From Trueperaceae bacterium (lineage in GTDB: Bacteria; Deinococcota; Deinococci; Deinococcales; Trueperaceae): DNA of 64,000 bases. The position numbers and the translations under genes were made by a program. This document shows, in pieces, positions 1 to 9,927 of this stretch. The notes beneath the pieces are model-generated. The model ran no database searches. It was given only the letters and a program-made list of their open reading frames with translations, and was not told the DNA's origin. Within the stretch, counting starts at the first letter, position 1, and each line of letters opens with the position of its first letter. The stretch is from the NCBI GenBank assembly GCA_965213705.1, contig OZ243913.1:3360001-3424000 (forward strand), written 5' to 3'.

Positions 1-58
1 CGACGGCCCTAAACTGAACACCAGGCACTCGTGCCAGGTCGAGCACAAGGAGTTTTAC

Positions 59-439
59 GTGGGATCGTTACTTTCTACCCGGGGACGCATGAGCCGTGCC
101 GGTTACTTTTGGAAAGGGCTGGCGGCGACCGCTTTGCTTTACGCGGGCGTCTTTTTGTCTTTCCTACTCACTTCCGGAGCCGCCGAGAGCGACGCGCCCC
201 TGTCCCTTTGGGTCATACTCGGCATTTCCACCCTTTACGGCGGTGTCAACACGGTCAAGCGGCTGCACGACCTCGGCAGACCCGGCTGGCACTACTGGCT
301 CGGGTACATTCCCCTTTACAACTTTTATCTGGGCATCATTTTGACGTTCAGGGCGGGTACGCCGGGCGCGAACGCCTACGGTGACAACCCGGTGACAAAG
401 CCGTCGCGGGTCACCCGAGCCGGAGTCGGTCTCAGGTAG
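59..439 (+). CDS. DUF805 family inner-membrane protein
   Basis: N-terminal GRMSRAGYF, then VKRLHDLGRPGW and GTPGANAYG motifs typical of DUF805/YhaH; three hydrophobic segments. Confidence 0.85.
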   Translation: MGSLLSTRGRMSRAGYFWKGLAATALLYAGVFLSFLLTSGAAESDAPLSLWVILGISTLYGGVNTVKRLHDLGRPGWHYWLGYIPLYNFYLGIILTFRAGTPGANAYGDNPVTKPSRVTRAGVGLR

Positions 440-510
440 CCCCCTGCAGGGCGGCGGGCGGAAGGTTTGAAGTCTGCCCGGCGGGTCGGTTCGCGCTTAC
501 CCGGCACTTG

Positions 511-1293
511 TTACTCGTCGTCCGCCCAAGCGGGTGCGCGTTTCTCCAGAAACGCGGCGACGCCCTCTTTTAGGTCGTCCGTGGTGCGGGACAAAGCGTT
601 GAGGTTCGTGGCGTAGCTCAGCCCCTCGTCTAGGCCCAAGCTCGGGACCACAGCGAGTAGGCGCTTGGTCAGCGCGAGCGAAACCGGGGAGTTGGCCTTT
701 AGGGTTTGGGCGAGTCCTAGGGCTCGGGGCAACACCTCGTTGAGGGGCCGCACCTCGTTGACGAGACCCATGTTGAGCGCTTCTTGCGCCGTGACCAACC
801 GCGCCGAGAGCAGCAGGTCGCGCGCCGCCTTCTCGCCCGTCTGCCGCACCAAAAAAACGCCGACCAGCGCCGCCACAAAGCCGACGCGCGCCTCGGTATA
901 GCCGAGCTTGGCCGCGTCGCTGATGACGGTGAGGTCGCAGACCGAGGCCAGGCCCGCACCGCCGGCCAGCGCGTGGCCGTTCACCGCGGCGATGACCGGC
1001 TTGGGAAACGTGTAAACGAGCTTGAACAGCGCGGCCAACGCCGCCGAGTCCGCCAAGTTCTCCTCGCTCGACTTGGCGCTCAGCGTGCCGAGTTCGCCCA
1101 AGTCCAACCCTGAACAAAAAACTTTTCCCGCGCCCGTGAGCACGACGGCGCGCACCCCCTCATCGTCTTTGGCCGCCTCGAACGCCCCTTGCAGCGCCGC
1201 CCGCAGCTCCAGACTCAGGGCGTTGCGCACCTCGGGCCGGTTGAGTGTGAGCGTCATGACGGCGTCGCGGGTGTCGGTAAGGAGGACGGGCAT
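511..1293 (-). CDS. Enoyl-CoA hydratase/isomerase (methylglutaconyl-CoA hydratase-like)
   Basis: Crotonase motifs LNRPEVRNAL, FCSGLDL, AVNGHALAGG; C-terminal EGVAAFLEKR. Confidence 0.9.
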   Translation of the reverse strand: MPVLLTDTRDAVMTLTLNRPEVRNALSLELRAALQGAFEAAKDDEGVRAVVLTGAGKVFCSGLDLGELGTLSAKSSEENLADSAALAALFKLVYTFPKPVIAAVNGHALAGGAGLASVCDLTVISDAAKLGYTEARVGFVAALVGVFLVRQTGEKAARDLLLSARLVTAQEALNMGLVNEVRPLNEVLPRALGLAQTLKANSPVSLALTKRLLAVVPSLGLDEGLSYATNLNALSRTTDDLKEGVAAFLEKRAPAWADDE

Positions 1294-1379
1294 GGGGTCG
1301 GAGTCGAGTCTACACGATGAGGAAGGTTGAGAACGGAAAACCGTTCGGAACTCAACGAAAACGAGCAGCCGGACAGGTT

Positions 1380-1428
1380 TTCTACTCGGTACTTTTCACT
1401 CGGTACTTGGCACTTTCTACTCGATACT
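1380..1428. repeat. Degenerate heptamer tandem repeat (7 x NNNNACT)
   Basis: ttctact cggtact tttcact cggtact tggcact ttctact cgatact in the divergent intergenic region. Confidence 0.75.
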
Positions 1429-1500
1429 TTCCCCCTACTTCCACACAGCCTGAACGTTCAAACCGGCGTGAAGACCGGCGCAGCTTGGTACACTGCTGTC

Positions 1501-2916
1501 ATGCTCGAGCCCGTCATTGGTTTGGAAGTCCACCTCGCCCTGAAAACGAACACGAAGCTGTTTTGCGCGTGTCCGGCGGACAGCTTCGGCCTCGGACCCA
1601 ACGTGAGTACCTGCCCGGTCTGTCTGGGTTTGCCCGGCAGTTTGCCGGTCGTCAACCGCGAGGCGCTTCACAAGGCCGTCATGCTGAGCCTCGCGTTGCA
1701 CTGCGAGGTGCCCACGCTCACCCAGTTTCACCGCAAAAACTATTACTACCCCGACGCGCCCAAGAACTACCAAATCAGCCAGCTCGATAAGCCCGTGGGT
1801 GAGCGCGGCTACGTGGACTTGGGGCCGGGCCGCCGCATCGGCGTCACGCGCTGTCATGTCGAGGAGGACGCGGGCCGGCTCGTCCACCCGAGTTACGCAA
1901 GCCACAGCCTCGTCGACCTCAACCGGGCGGGCGCGCCGCTGCTCGAACTCGTCACCGAGCCGGACCTGCGCACGCCCGAAGAAGCGCGGGCTTTTTTGGT
2001 CAAGGTGCGCGCGGTCGCCCAGGCGCTGGGCGTGTCCGACGCCAACCCCGAAGAGGGCAAGATGCGCGCCGACGTCAACGTGTCGCTGCGGCGGCCGGGC
2101 GAGGGTTTGGGCACCAAGGTCGAGGTCAAAAACCTCAACTCGTTCAAAAGCGTGCAGCGGGCGCTCGAGTTCGAAATTAAACGTCAGACGCGCCTTTTAG
2201 AAGACGGCGGCGCGGTCGTGCAGAGCACGCTCGGTTGGGACGACGGCGGCCAAAAGACCTACCTTATGCGCACCAAAGAGGGCTCCGCCGACTACCGTTA
2301 CCTGCCCGACCCCGACCTGCCGCCCATGATGATAGGCGTGGACTGGTTGGCGGCGGTGCAGGCCGCCACCCCGGAACTGCCCGAGGCCAAGCTGGCACGC
2401 TACGCAGGTGCGGGCGTCCGCGCCTACGACGCCGAAATCGTCGCCTACGACGTGGCTTTGAGTGGGTTTTTCGACGAAACTTTGGCGCTCTACGACGGCG
2501 ACCCGCAAGGAGTCGCCAACTGGCTGAACGGCGACGTGACCGGCTACTTGAACGCGCGCGGCCTGGACTTGGGCGCGTCGAAGCTCACGCCGCGACACCT
2601 CGCCGAACTCGTCGGACTCGTCGACGACGGTACCCTGTCGGGCAAAAGCGCCAAAGACATCTTGCCCGACGTGATGGCGGGGACTGCGCCGAAAACGCTC
2701 GTCGAGGAGCGCGGCCTGAGCCAGATTTCCGACGCGGGCGCACTGGAGAGTTTGGTCGAAGCCGTGCTGAGCGCCCACCCCGACCTCGTGGCGCGGGTGC
2801 AGGCCAACCCGAAAGCCGTCAACGCCCTGCTCGGCCAAGTCATGAAAGAGAGCCGCGGCCAAGCCAACCCCGAGGCGGTGCGGGCGCTGTTGGGACGCAA
2901 GCTCGAGCGTGTTTGA
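1501..2916 (+). CDS. gatB: Asp/Glu-tRNA(Asn/Gln) amidotransferase subunit B
   Basis: VIGLEVH, CPVCLGLPGSLP, RKNYYYPD, DLNRAGAPLLELVTEPD, YRYLPDPDLP; start set at ATG 1501. Confidence 0.97.
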   Translation: MLEPVIGLEVHLALKTNTKLFCACPADSFGLGPNVSTCPVCLGLPGSLPVVNREALHKAVMLSLALHCEVPTLTQFHRKNYYYPDAPKNYQISQLDKPVGERGYVDLGPGRRIGVTRCHVEEDAGRLVHPSYASHSLVDLNRAGAPLLELVTEPDLRTPEEARAFLVKVRAVAQALGVSDANPEEGKMRADVNVSLRRPGEGLGTKVEVKNLNSFKSVQRALEFEIKRQTRLLEDGGAVVQSTLGWDDGGQKTYLMRTKEGSADYRYLPDPDLPPMMIGVDWLAAVQAATPELPEAKLARYAGAGVRAYDAEIVAYDVALSGFFDETLALYDGDPQGVANWLNGDVTGYLNARGLDLGASKLTPRHLAELVGLVDDGTLSGKSAKDILPDVMAGTAPKTLVEERGLSQISDAGALESLVEAVLSAHPDLVARVQANPKAVNALLGQVMKESRGQANPEAVRALLGRKLERV

Positions 2917-3163
2917 ACCAACGCGTTCCCAAGGCTGTTTGAAAGCGCCACAGGACCGGCGACGTGCCGGTTGGTGTGGTGCCGGTTGGTGACAGCTGAT
3001 ACGGCACCGGCACGTTTTAGCAAGTATGGTAAATTTCTCTGAGCACCGGGTCGCGCCGACAGCTTGCTGTAGCCACCGACGAGGTCAACCCGCCCGCCGT
3101 CTTCAGCGGCTGAAACGCGACCTCGACGCCGCCAGAGTCGACCATCTCGAGGGGGAACCGTGC

Positions 3164-3946
3164 GTGGACTTATCCGTCATCATTCCCGCCTTTAACGAGG
3201 CGGACACCCTGGCAAAAACCGTTGCCAGGGTGGCAGCACTTTTTGCCACGACACCGGGTGTTGAAATCATCATCGTCAACGACGGCAGTTCTGACGCAAC
3301 CTTGAGCGAGGCCGGCGGCGTCACCGCGGTCTACGCTAACTGCCGGGTCGTGTCCTACGCCGCCAACCGGGGCAAGGGCTACGCCCTGCGCCGCGGCTTT
3401 GCAGAGGCGCAGGGCCGACTCGTCGCCTTTATCGACGCCGACGGAGAAATCGACCCCAGCGCCCTGTTCGCTCTGCTGGACCACCAAAAGGCGGCCGAGG
3501 TCAGCGTGGTCGTCGGCAAACGCGCCGTGCGGGGCGTGCGCCCCGGCTACCGGCAAATCATGACCCACACGGTTCGCTTGGTCGGCGGCCGCTTGTTCAA
3601 ACTGCCGGTAGGCGATTCTCAAGCGGGCGTCAAGCTGTTCGTCAAAAGCGACGTCGCCGACTTGGTCGCTCACTGCCGCGAAGCCGGCTACCTGTTCGAC
3701 CTAGAACTGCTCGCCCTGGCCCACTTCCGGGGCTTGCCCATCCACGAAATTCCGGTCGAGGTGACGATTTTGCGCACGAGCCGCATCACCTTGGCAACCG
3801 GCGTCAGGTCGCTCGGCCAGATGGTGAGGCTCGTGCTGAGCCGAGACCGCCTAGCCCGCTACGCCGCGCCGCCCGAAACCCAGACCGCGCCCTTGGCAAC
3901 TTCGCTGTTGTCGCTCACCCTGGGCCGAGAGTCGCTGGGCGAGTGA
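3164..3946 (+). CDS. GT2 glycosyltransferase (polyprenyl-phosphate glycosyltransferase/DPM1-like)
   Basis: LSVIIPAFNE, VNDGSSD, NRGKG, FIDADG, DSQAGVKLF, FDLELL; GTG 3164 follows GAGGGGG (ORF open from 3026). Confidence 0.88.
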   Translation: MDLSVIIPAFNEADTLAKTVARVAALFATTPGVEIIIVNDGSSDATLSEAGGVTAVYANCRVVSYAANRGKGYALRRGFAEAQGRLVAFIDADGEIDPSALFALLDHQKAAEVSVVVGKRAVRGVRPGYRQIMTHTVRLVGGRLFKLPVGDSQAGVKLFVKSDVADLVAHCREAGYLFDLELLALAHFRGLPIHEIPVEVTILRTSRITLATGVRSLGQMVRLVLSRDRLARYAAPPETQTAPLATSLLSLTLGRESLGE

Positions 3947-4794
3947 TGGCCGCCCGACACGTTTCCGTCGTGGTGCCGACCAAAAACGCCGAACGTACCC
4001 TGGCACGCTGCTTGGCGTCCCTACAGCGCCAAACCGTGCCTCCGCTCGAGGTGATAGTGGTGGACAACTTCAGCACCGACGCGACGGTGGCGATAGCCGA
4101 ACGCTGCGGAACTAGGGTCTACCGGCACGGTTCCGAGCGCAGCGAACAGCGCAACTGCGGGACTAGGCTAGCTCGGGGGGACTGTGTCCTCTTCGTCGAC
4201 GCCGACATGTACTTGCAACCGGGTGCCGTGGCGGCGAGCGCACGCGCCCTGCTGGACCACGACGCGGTCGTCCTGCCCGAAGCGTCGTTCGGCGCAGGGT
4301 TTTGGGCGCGCTGCAGGGCGCTCGAGCGGCGCTGCTACGTGGGCTCGAGCCTTGAAGCGGCCAGGGGCTTTCGGCGGGAGGTGCTGACGCATTTGGGCGG
4401 CTACGACGAAAACCTGTTCGCCTTTGAAGACTGGGACCTGCACAACCGCTGCGCCGCGGCGGGTTACCGCGTCGGCCGCGCCGGGTCCGGCCAAATCCTT
4501 GTCACTCACGACGAGGGCTTGTTGAGTTTGGGGCAAAGCGCGCGCAAAAAACACTACTACGGCGGTGCGCTGCAACGCTACGCTGCCAAGCACCCACACC
4601 TGGCAAGGCAGCAAACCGGGGCGTTGCCACGCCTGAAGTTGCTGCTGCGCCACTGGCCTCTGTTGGCCCGCCATCCCCTACTCACCGCCGGGGTTATTGT
4701 GTTGAAAGCGGTCGAGGGGTCGGCCGGAAGGGTCGCCGCCCGAAGCCGCGCTCTACGGGGCGCACGGCACAGCCCAAAGGAGGCTGACGCATGA
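3943..4794 (+). CDS. GT2 glycosyltransferase
   Basis: VSVVVPTKN, VVDNFSTD, FVDADM, GGYDE..EDWDL; overlaps neighbours by 4 nt. Confidence 0.9.
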   Translation: MMAARHVSVVVPTKNAERTLARCLASLQRQTVPPLEVIVVDNFSTDATVAIAERCGTRVYRHGSERSEQRNCGTRLARGDCVLFVDADMYLQPGAVAASARALLDHDAVVLPEASFGAGFWARCRALERRCYVGSSLEAARGFRREVLTHLGGYDENLFAFEDWDLHNRCAAAGYRVGRAGSGQILVTHDEGLLSLGQSARKKHYYGGALQRYAAKHPHLARQQTGALPRLKLLLRHWPLLARHPLLTAGVIVLKAVEGSAGRVAARSRALRGARHSPKEADA

Positions 4795-5438
4795 CGAAAC
4801 GTTTGGCTGGTTTGCTGTTGACGAGCGTGCTGTGGGGGACGTCGGCCGCCCAGCAAGTGTCGCCGTCCACACCGCTCATCCCCGTACCCGACGTTTCGGC
4901 CGAGGTACCCACCGTGTTGTCAGGCAACATCCCCGACTTAGCCACGGCCCCGCCTGTCACGATTGCCGCTATTCTACGGTTGGCAAACCTGGGCGCTTAC
5001 CCCTTTGCCGAAGGCTTTTTGGCCCAACCGAACGAGCCGGCGACCCAGGCCGACCTGGCCTTTGTCCTCGTCAACTTGTTCGCGCCCACCGTCAACGGCG
5101 AGTTTCCCGTTCCCGCCGAGACAGCCCTCGTTTACCTGGAAAGCCGGTTGGCAGCGGACGGCGACCCAGAAAGCCTGACGACGGAGACCCCAACAGAAGA
5201 AACCCTGGCGGCTGTCGGCGAGGCCGGCGTCGTGACGGGCGAAGGAGCGTTGCAAGCCCTGGTCGCCGTGTCACAACTCTCCTTAGAGGCCGAGGTGGCG
5301 GTGCGCTTCGCCCTTACCGAACAGTTTCCGGCGTTCGGCGCGGGCAACTTCGACACTGTGCTGACGCGGGCAGCGCTGGCCCTGTTCGGTTCTCTGGCGC
5401 TCGACGCCATGGAAACCCAGAGCCAACCCGGCGGTTGA
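4791..5438 (+). CDS. Secreted acidic hypothetical protein
   Basis: Signal-peptide-like N-terminus (MTKRLAGLLLTSVLWGTSAA), P/T/S-rich linker, acidic; coupled to the upstream GT2. Confidence 0.7.
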   Translation: MTKRLAGLLLTSVLWGTSAAQQVSPSTPLIPVPDVSAEVPTVLSGNIPDLATAPPVTIAAILRLANLGAYPFAEGFLAQPNEPATQADLAFVLVNLFAPTVNGEFPVPAETALVYLESRLAADGDPESLTTETPTEETLAAVGEAGVVTGEGALQALVAVSQLSLEAEVAVRFALTEQFPAFGAGNFDTVLTRAALALFGSLALDAMETQSQPGG

Positions 5439-5460
5439 GCGGGGCGCGCGGTGAAAACCC

Positions 5461-6711
5461 GTGAAAGCGTCGTCCCTCAAGGGCTCGAGCGGACCTGCCG
5501 GGTTTCTGTCTACAGTTTTGCCGCCGGACTCTCGAGCCGGGTTTTTTCTACTCCTCGCCGCGGGGCTGGCGAGCGCCCTCACCCTCGGTTTTACCGTGGT
5601 CGCGGCGCGCCTGCTCGAGCCCGTTCACTACAGCGCGTTTATGGCCCTGTTCGGACTTTGGTCGCTCTTAAGCGTACCGACCACTACCTTGCAACTCGTG
5701 GCGGCGCGCCATTTGGCGCGGCCGGGCGGCCTAGCGACGGGTTTCCGGCGGCAGATGACGAGGTGGCTGGGCGTTACGCTCGTCGTCGTTTCGCTGCCCG
5801 TAGTGGCGCTGGTGTGGTTTGCCGCTGAAGGTCTCGGGCTGACGCAGACGGTCGCCGTGAGCGTCGCTTTGCAAGCTTTGTGGCTTGGCACGGCGGTCGC
5901 TTGGCTGCGCGGGCGGGCGCAAGCCCAAGAAAGCTTTGTACGGTTCGGGCTTTCCGACGCGGTTGCCGCCACGCTGCGACTCGGCACCTTGGGCCTGCTG
6001 CTTGGTTTTACCCAGTTTTCGTATCAGTGGGGACTGTTCGTCAGCTTGGGTTTGGGCAGTTTGGCAACTTTCGCCGTGTTGCCGCCCAAGGCGTTGACTA
6101 GAGACGCCGCCCCGCTTGAGGTGCGAACACTGGCGGCTTCAGCCGGGTCCGCGTTTCTCGTCACCCTCGCCCTGGGCGTCCTGACCAACCTGGACCTGCT
6201 GTGGGCGCGCTACGCGCTGGACGGCCCGCAAGCGGGTTTTTTCGCAGCCGGCACCCTGGCAAGTCGGCCGTTCATCCTGCTCGGCGCGGTCGCCGGGACC
6301 GTCATGCTGCCCAAAGTGGCTAGCGGCGCGACCCATCACGCCGAGCTGCTGAAAACGGCGCTGTTTTTGCTGGCCGGCGGCCTCGTTCTCGCCGCGGCGG
6401 CGCACCTGTTCGCCGCGCCGCTCGTCACGCTTTTTTTCGGCGAAACGTACCGGGCGGCCGTTCACACGGCGCGGGCGGCCGCCTGGGGCGGCGCGCTGGT
6501 CGCCCCGGTCGTCATGCTGGCGAACGCTCGCCTAGGGCTCGGACGTTCTTTTGCGGCTGCCGGGTTCGCCCTGTTTACCGTTGCACAGGTCGCGGCTGTT
6601 TTTGCTTTGGCACTTTTTGCTTTAGCACCCAGCGGCCCTCTCTATTGGGTCGTCTGCGGCGTCCTGAGTACGGCCTACCTCGCGCTCAGCCTGCTTCGCA
6701 GCTACCGCTGA
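5461..6711 (+). CDS. Wzx-like oligosaccharide flippase (MOP superfamily)
   Basis: About 12 hydrophobic segments; ARLLEPVHYSAF and LTNLDLLWARYAL...AGFFAA resemble polysaccharide flippases; GT context. Confidence 0.8.
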   Translation: MKASSLKGSSGPAGFLSTVLPPDSRAGFFLLLAAGLASALTLGFTVVAARLLEPVHYSAFMALFGLWSLLSVPTTTLQLVAARHLARPGGLATGFRRQMTRWLGVTLVVVSLPVVALVWFAAEGLGLTQTVAVSVALQALWLGTAVAWLRGRAQAQESFVRFGLSDAVAATLRLGTLGLLLGFTQFSYQWGLFVSLGLGSLATFAVLPPKALTRDAAPLEVRTLAASAGSAFLVTLALGVLTNLDLLWARYALDGPQAGFFAAGTLASRPFILLGAVAGTVMLPKVASGATHHAELLKTALFLLAGGLVLAAAAHLFAAPLVTLFFGETYRAAVHTARAAAWGGALVAPVVMLANARLGLGRSFAAAGFALFTVAQVAAVFALALFALAPSGPLYWVVCGVLSTAYLALSLLRSYR

Positions 6712-9700
6712 ATGCGCGCCGAAATGCGCCTTGCACGCTGGCTCCGGGTCGGTCCCTACTTGGCGACCGCCGCCATCCTCACCTTTTTGTGGCGGCCCGT
6801 CTTGTTTGCCGGCGAGCTTATCGAGTCGGGCGACCTGCTCACCCCCCTCACCATGCGGGCGTTGCGGCGGATGTTCTGGCCGTTTTGGAACCGCACCTTA
6901 GAGTTCCCCAACGTAGAGACCCTTGACCGGCTCGCCTGGATGGCCCCCTTTTTACTGCTGCCGAGCCCACTGCTGGCCCAAAACCTGATGTTTGCCGCGG
7001 CCCTGCTGGGGGCGGGCGTGTCGATGTTGTACGCCGCCAAGCGGCTGGGCGCGACGACCCTGCTCGCCGTGTTCGCCGCGGTGCTGTTCGCCTACAACCC
7101 GTTTGTGGCGGTGCGTTTGCAGCATTACTTCCAGTTGCCCGGTTACGCGGTGTTGCCCGCGGTCGTCGCCCTGTGGTTGAAACCCTACCCGCGCCGGACG
7201 CCTTTTGTCCTGGCGCTTCTCCTCACGCTCGGCTCGAGTACGCCCCACTACACGGTGTACTTGTGGTCGCTCGGCGCACTATGGCTCGTTTTTTACTTCA
7301 GCCCGGCGGCGTTGAAACGTTTTGCGGCGACATTGGGTTTGTACGTGCTGTTCAACCTTTACTGGCTGGTGCCGACCGCTGCATTCACAGGCGCAGCCGA
7401 CCTGGTGCCGAGCCGGCCGACCTGGGAACTGCTCGAGCTGTTTTCACGCCACGCCACACCCGCCGCGGTCGCCCGTTTGCAGGGCTACTGGTGGCCGCTC
7501 GCGGACACCCCCGTGGCCCCCGTTACGGCCTGGCTCGGCCTTGGCTTGCTGGCGGCGGCGCTGCTCGCTCTCGCCCGGCCGGGGCGCGACCGGTTGTTTC
7601 TGGCGACGGGCGCGCTGGTGTACGGCCTCGTCGCGCTGGGCACGAACATTCCTTTTCTCGCTGCGTTTTTGAGCTTGGAGAGCCCCGTAGCCGACCGGCT
7701 CGGCTGGCTGTTTCGCGACCCCGCCAAGGCGGTCGGGCCGCTGGCCGCCCTGCTTTTCTTGCTCGCGGCGGTAGGGTTGCGCGGAGGCCCGCGGCACATC
7801 GCCAAAAAATTGCACGCCCTTGCCGGGGCGCTGAGCCTCGGTTTGTTGGCCGCGTACGGGGTGTTCGCGTTTCAGGTGACCGGCCCCTACCTCCGCGCGG
7901 TTTACCAACCCCACGCGCCGCCCGCGGCCTTCTCACAGGCCAACGAGTGGCTGGAGGGCAAAGACGGACGCGTTTTATGGGTGCCGCAGTACTACGGGGC
8001 CACCACGTTTTGGAACGGCGACAACCTCACCCCGGAGTTTCCGACCCACAGTTCGGCGCTGCCGGTGTTGGGGCCGTACGGGTACGACGGACGCTCGGTG
8101 GTGAGCTATTTGAGCTTGTACTTCGGCGTCCTGCTGCGCAAAACGGACGCCGACCTGAGTAAAGTTCTGCGGGCCTGGGGCACGCGCTGGCTCGTGCATC
8201 ACCGCGACCTGCCGCCCTACCGCTTGCAACCCGAAAGCGCTTTTGACAACCAGGTCGAGCTGTTGCAGCCGAGTTTGGCGAGTCAAGACCTCAGAGAGGC
8301 CGCTACCTTCTCACCCCTGAGCATTTACGACGCGGGCGCGCCTGTGGGGGCCTACCTGCCGGGCCGGGTCTCGGTCACCGACAACCCCGTGGCCGCCCTC
8401 GTCACCCTGTCGAACTGGCCCGCGTACGCGCCCGAACGCTGGTCGTTTGTCGAAGCGCCGCACGTGGGCGTGCAAAACGTTACTTTGGCTCCCGGCGGCG
8501 ACGCGCGCGTCGTGCTGGCAGCCGGCTACCCGCTCGACTTGGCTCGAGCTACGGTGCGTTACGACCCCGAGCGCAACTGGTCGAGGCTCGGCGAGACGAC
8601 CCTCGGGTGGTGGCCCAACGCCCTCACGGTCGGTTTGCCCGCCGACGAGCGCGTCACGCTGCTCATGACCCGCGCGCCGGGTGCCCAGGTCGAGGTGCCC
8701 TTGAACGCTCCAGCGGGCGCTTACCGTCTTCTCGTCCGGGTATACAAAGGGCCGGAGGCCGGCGCGGTGCGGTTGGGGCTGGGGACGAACACCTACACCG
8801 TAGAGCTTTTCGCCCCGTCGCTCCGCAGCACCTGGCTCGACCTGGGCGAGTTGGACTTGGGCGCGTTAAATCCAGCCCTGACCCTGACCAACCTGGAGGG
8901 GTTCAACGTCCTGGCAGAGGTGAAACTCGTCCCGGTCGCCGCCTGGAAGGCGGCCGAAACCGCCCTGGCCGATTTGGGGCAAACCTGGCTTTGGCCCTCG
9001 AGCACGCTCTGTCGCGACCTGCGCCCGAGCGAGGCCGCGCCCGTGACGGTTTCAGCCGGGGAGCGCGACCTGCCTTTTGCACAAACGTTCGCGGGTGCAG
9101 GCTTGTGGAACGACTACCAAACGGTCACGCTGGAAGTGTACGGCGACGGGCAGGACCGACCGGTCGAGCTGTGGACGCAGGTCGAGGACACCTGGCTTTT
9201 TTTGGGCGACACGCGTACCTGGTGGCGGGGTTGGCGGACGGTTCACCTACCGGTGAGGGCGCAGGACTTCGTGTTCGTCGCCAGCGGCAGCTTTGCGTCC
9301 GCCGACAACCTCAAGTTTGTCACCCCCGAAAGCGGTGGGGGTGCGGCTCTGCGGGTGCGCGAAGTGCGTTTGGCCTCGAGCCCGAGCTGCTCGTTGCAGT
9401 TCAGTTCAGGCCGCGCGGGCGCGGCGACGCTGAGCTTGTCGGCCGAGCGGCCCGTCAGCCTCACGGTAAACGGGCAAGCCGTGAACGTGCGCAGTGAGGC
9501 ACCCGCGCAAGTCGACTTGCGCGCCGGTACGAACGCGTTGGAGATTGCGCTCGCCGACGTCGGAAGTGTGCGGGGCGTCGTCGTGACGACCGGCAGCGCG
9601 ACTTTCGGCGCGCCGGGAACGGCGCTGGCCGAGACCGCGGTCGGCACCGAGGTCGCTTGCGGCGACACCTGGCGACTGGCAGTCGCCACGCCGCTATACC

Positions 9701-9927
9701 TACCTGGCCTGCCCGGCATTTTGAAAAGAGCCCAGCTCGCCGCAGCACCGGTCAACTACCTGCGGGCGGGCTATTGGGTACCCCCCGGCGCGTGCGGCGA
9801 GCTGCGTGTTCGCAACACCTGGGCGCTGCTGGGGGAGGTCAGCTTGCTCGCCAGCGTCACGACGCTGGCGGTGGCGGGCTGGACTTTTTTGGGACGGCGG
9901 CGCGTCGGCGCGGGCGGAACCGAGTGA
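6712..9927 (+). CDS. Large GT-C-type integral membrane glycosyltransferase (AftD/DUF3367/YfhO-like) with extracytoplasmic beta-sandwich domains
   Basis: Multi-TM N-terminal ~400 aa with acidic motif after TM1 (ESGDL), LFAYNPF and LFRDPAK; long beta-rich soluble region; single C-terminal TM. Confidence 0.7.
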   Translation: MRAEMRLARWLRVGPYLATAAILTFLWRPVLFAGELIESGDLLTPLTMRALRRMFWPFWNRTLEFPNVETLDRLAWMAPFLLLPSPLLAQNLMFAAALLGAGVSMLYAAKRLGATTLLAVFAAVLFAYNPFVAVRLQHYFQLPGYAVLPAVVALWLKPYPRRTPFVLALLLTLGSSTPHYTVYLWSLGALWLVFYFSPAALKRFAATLGLYVLFNLYWLVPTAAFTGAADLVPSRPTWELLELFSRHATPAAVARLQGYWWPLADTPVAPVTAWLGLGLLAAALLALARPGRDRLFLATGALVYGLVALGTNIPFLAAFLSLESPVADRLGWLFRDPAKAVGPLAALLFLLAAVGLRGGPRHIAKKLHALAGALSLGLLAAYGVFAFQVTGPYLRAVYQPHAPPAAFSQANEWLEGKDGRVLWVPQYYGATTFWNGDNLTPEFPTHSSALPVLGPYGYDGRSVVSYLSLYFGVLLRKTDADLSKVLRAWGTRWLVHHRDLPPYRLQPESAFDNQVELLQPSLASQDLREAATFSPLSIYDAGAPVGAYLPGRVSVTDNPVAALVTLSNWPAYAPERWSFVEAPHVGVQNVTLAPGGDARVVLAAGYPLDLARATVRYDPERNWSRLGETTLGWWPNALTVGLPADERVTLLMTRAPGAQVEVPLNAPAGAYRLLVRVYKGPEAGAVRLGLGTNTYTVELFAPSLRSTWLDLGELDLGALNPALTLTNLEGFNVLAEVKLVPVAAWKAAETALADLGQTWLWPSSTLCRDLRPSEAAPVTVSAGERDLPFAQTFAGAGLWNDYQTVTLEVYGDGQDRPVELWTQVEDTWLFLGDTRTWWRGWRTVHLPVRAQDFVFVASGSFASADNLKFVTPESGGGAALRVREVRLASSPSCSLQFSSGRAGAATLSLSAERPVSLTVNGQAVNVRSEAPAQVDLRAGTNALEIALADVGSVRGVVVTTGSATFGAPGTALAETAVGTEVACGDTWRLAVATPLYLPGLPGILKRAQLAAAPVNYLRAGYWVPPGACGELRVRNTWALLGEVSLLASVTTLAVAGWTFLGRRRVGAGGTE

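Noticed and set aside
1327..1500. N-terminal extension of GatB in the ORF track
   Set aside because: Translates a repeat-containing spacer; GatB homology starts at ATG 1501
7173..9497. Long alternative-frame ORFs (329 aa, 296 aa) within the GT-C gene, and similar shadow ORFs elsewhere
   Set aside because: Arg/Gly/Pro-rich shadow frames expected in high-GC coding DNA
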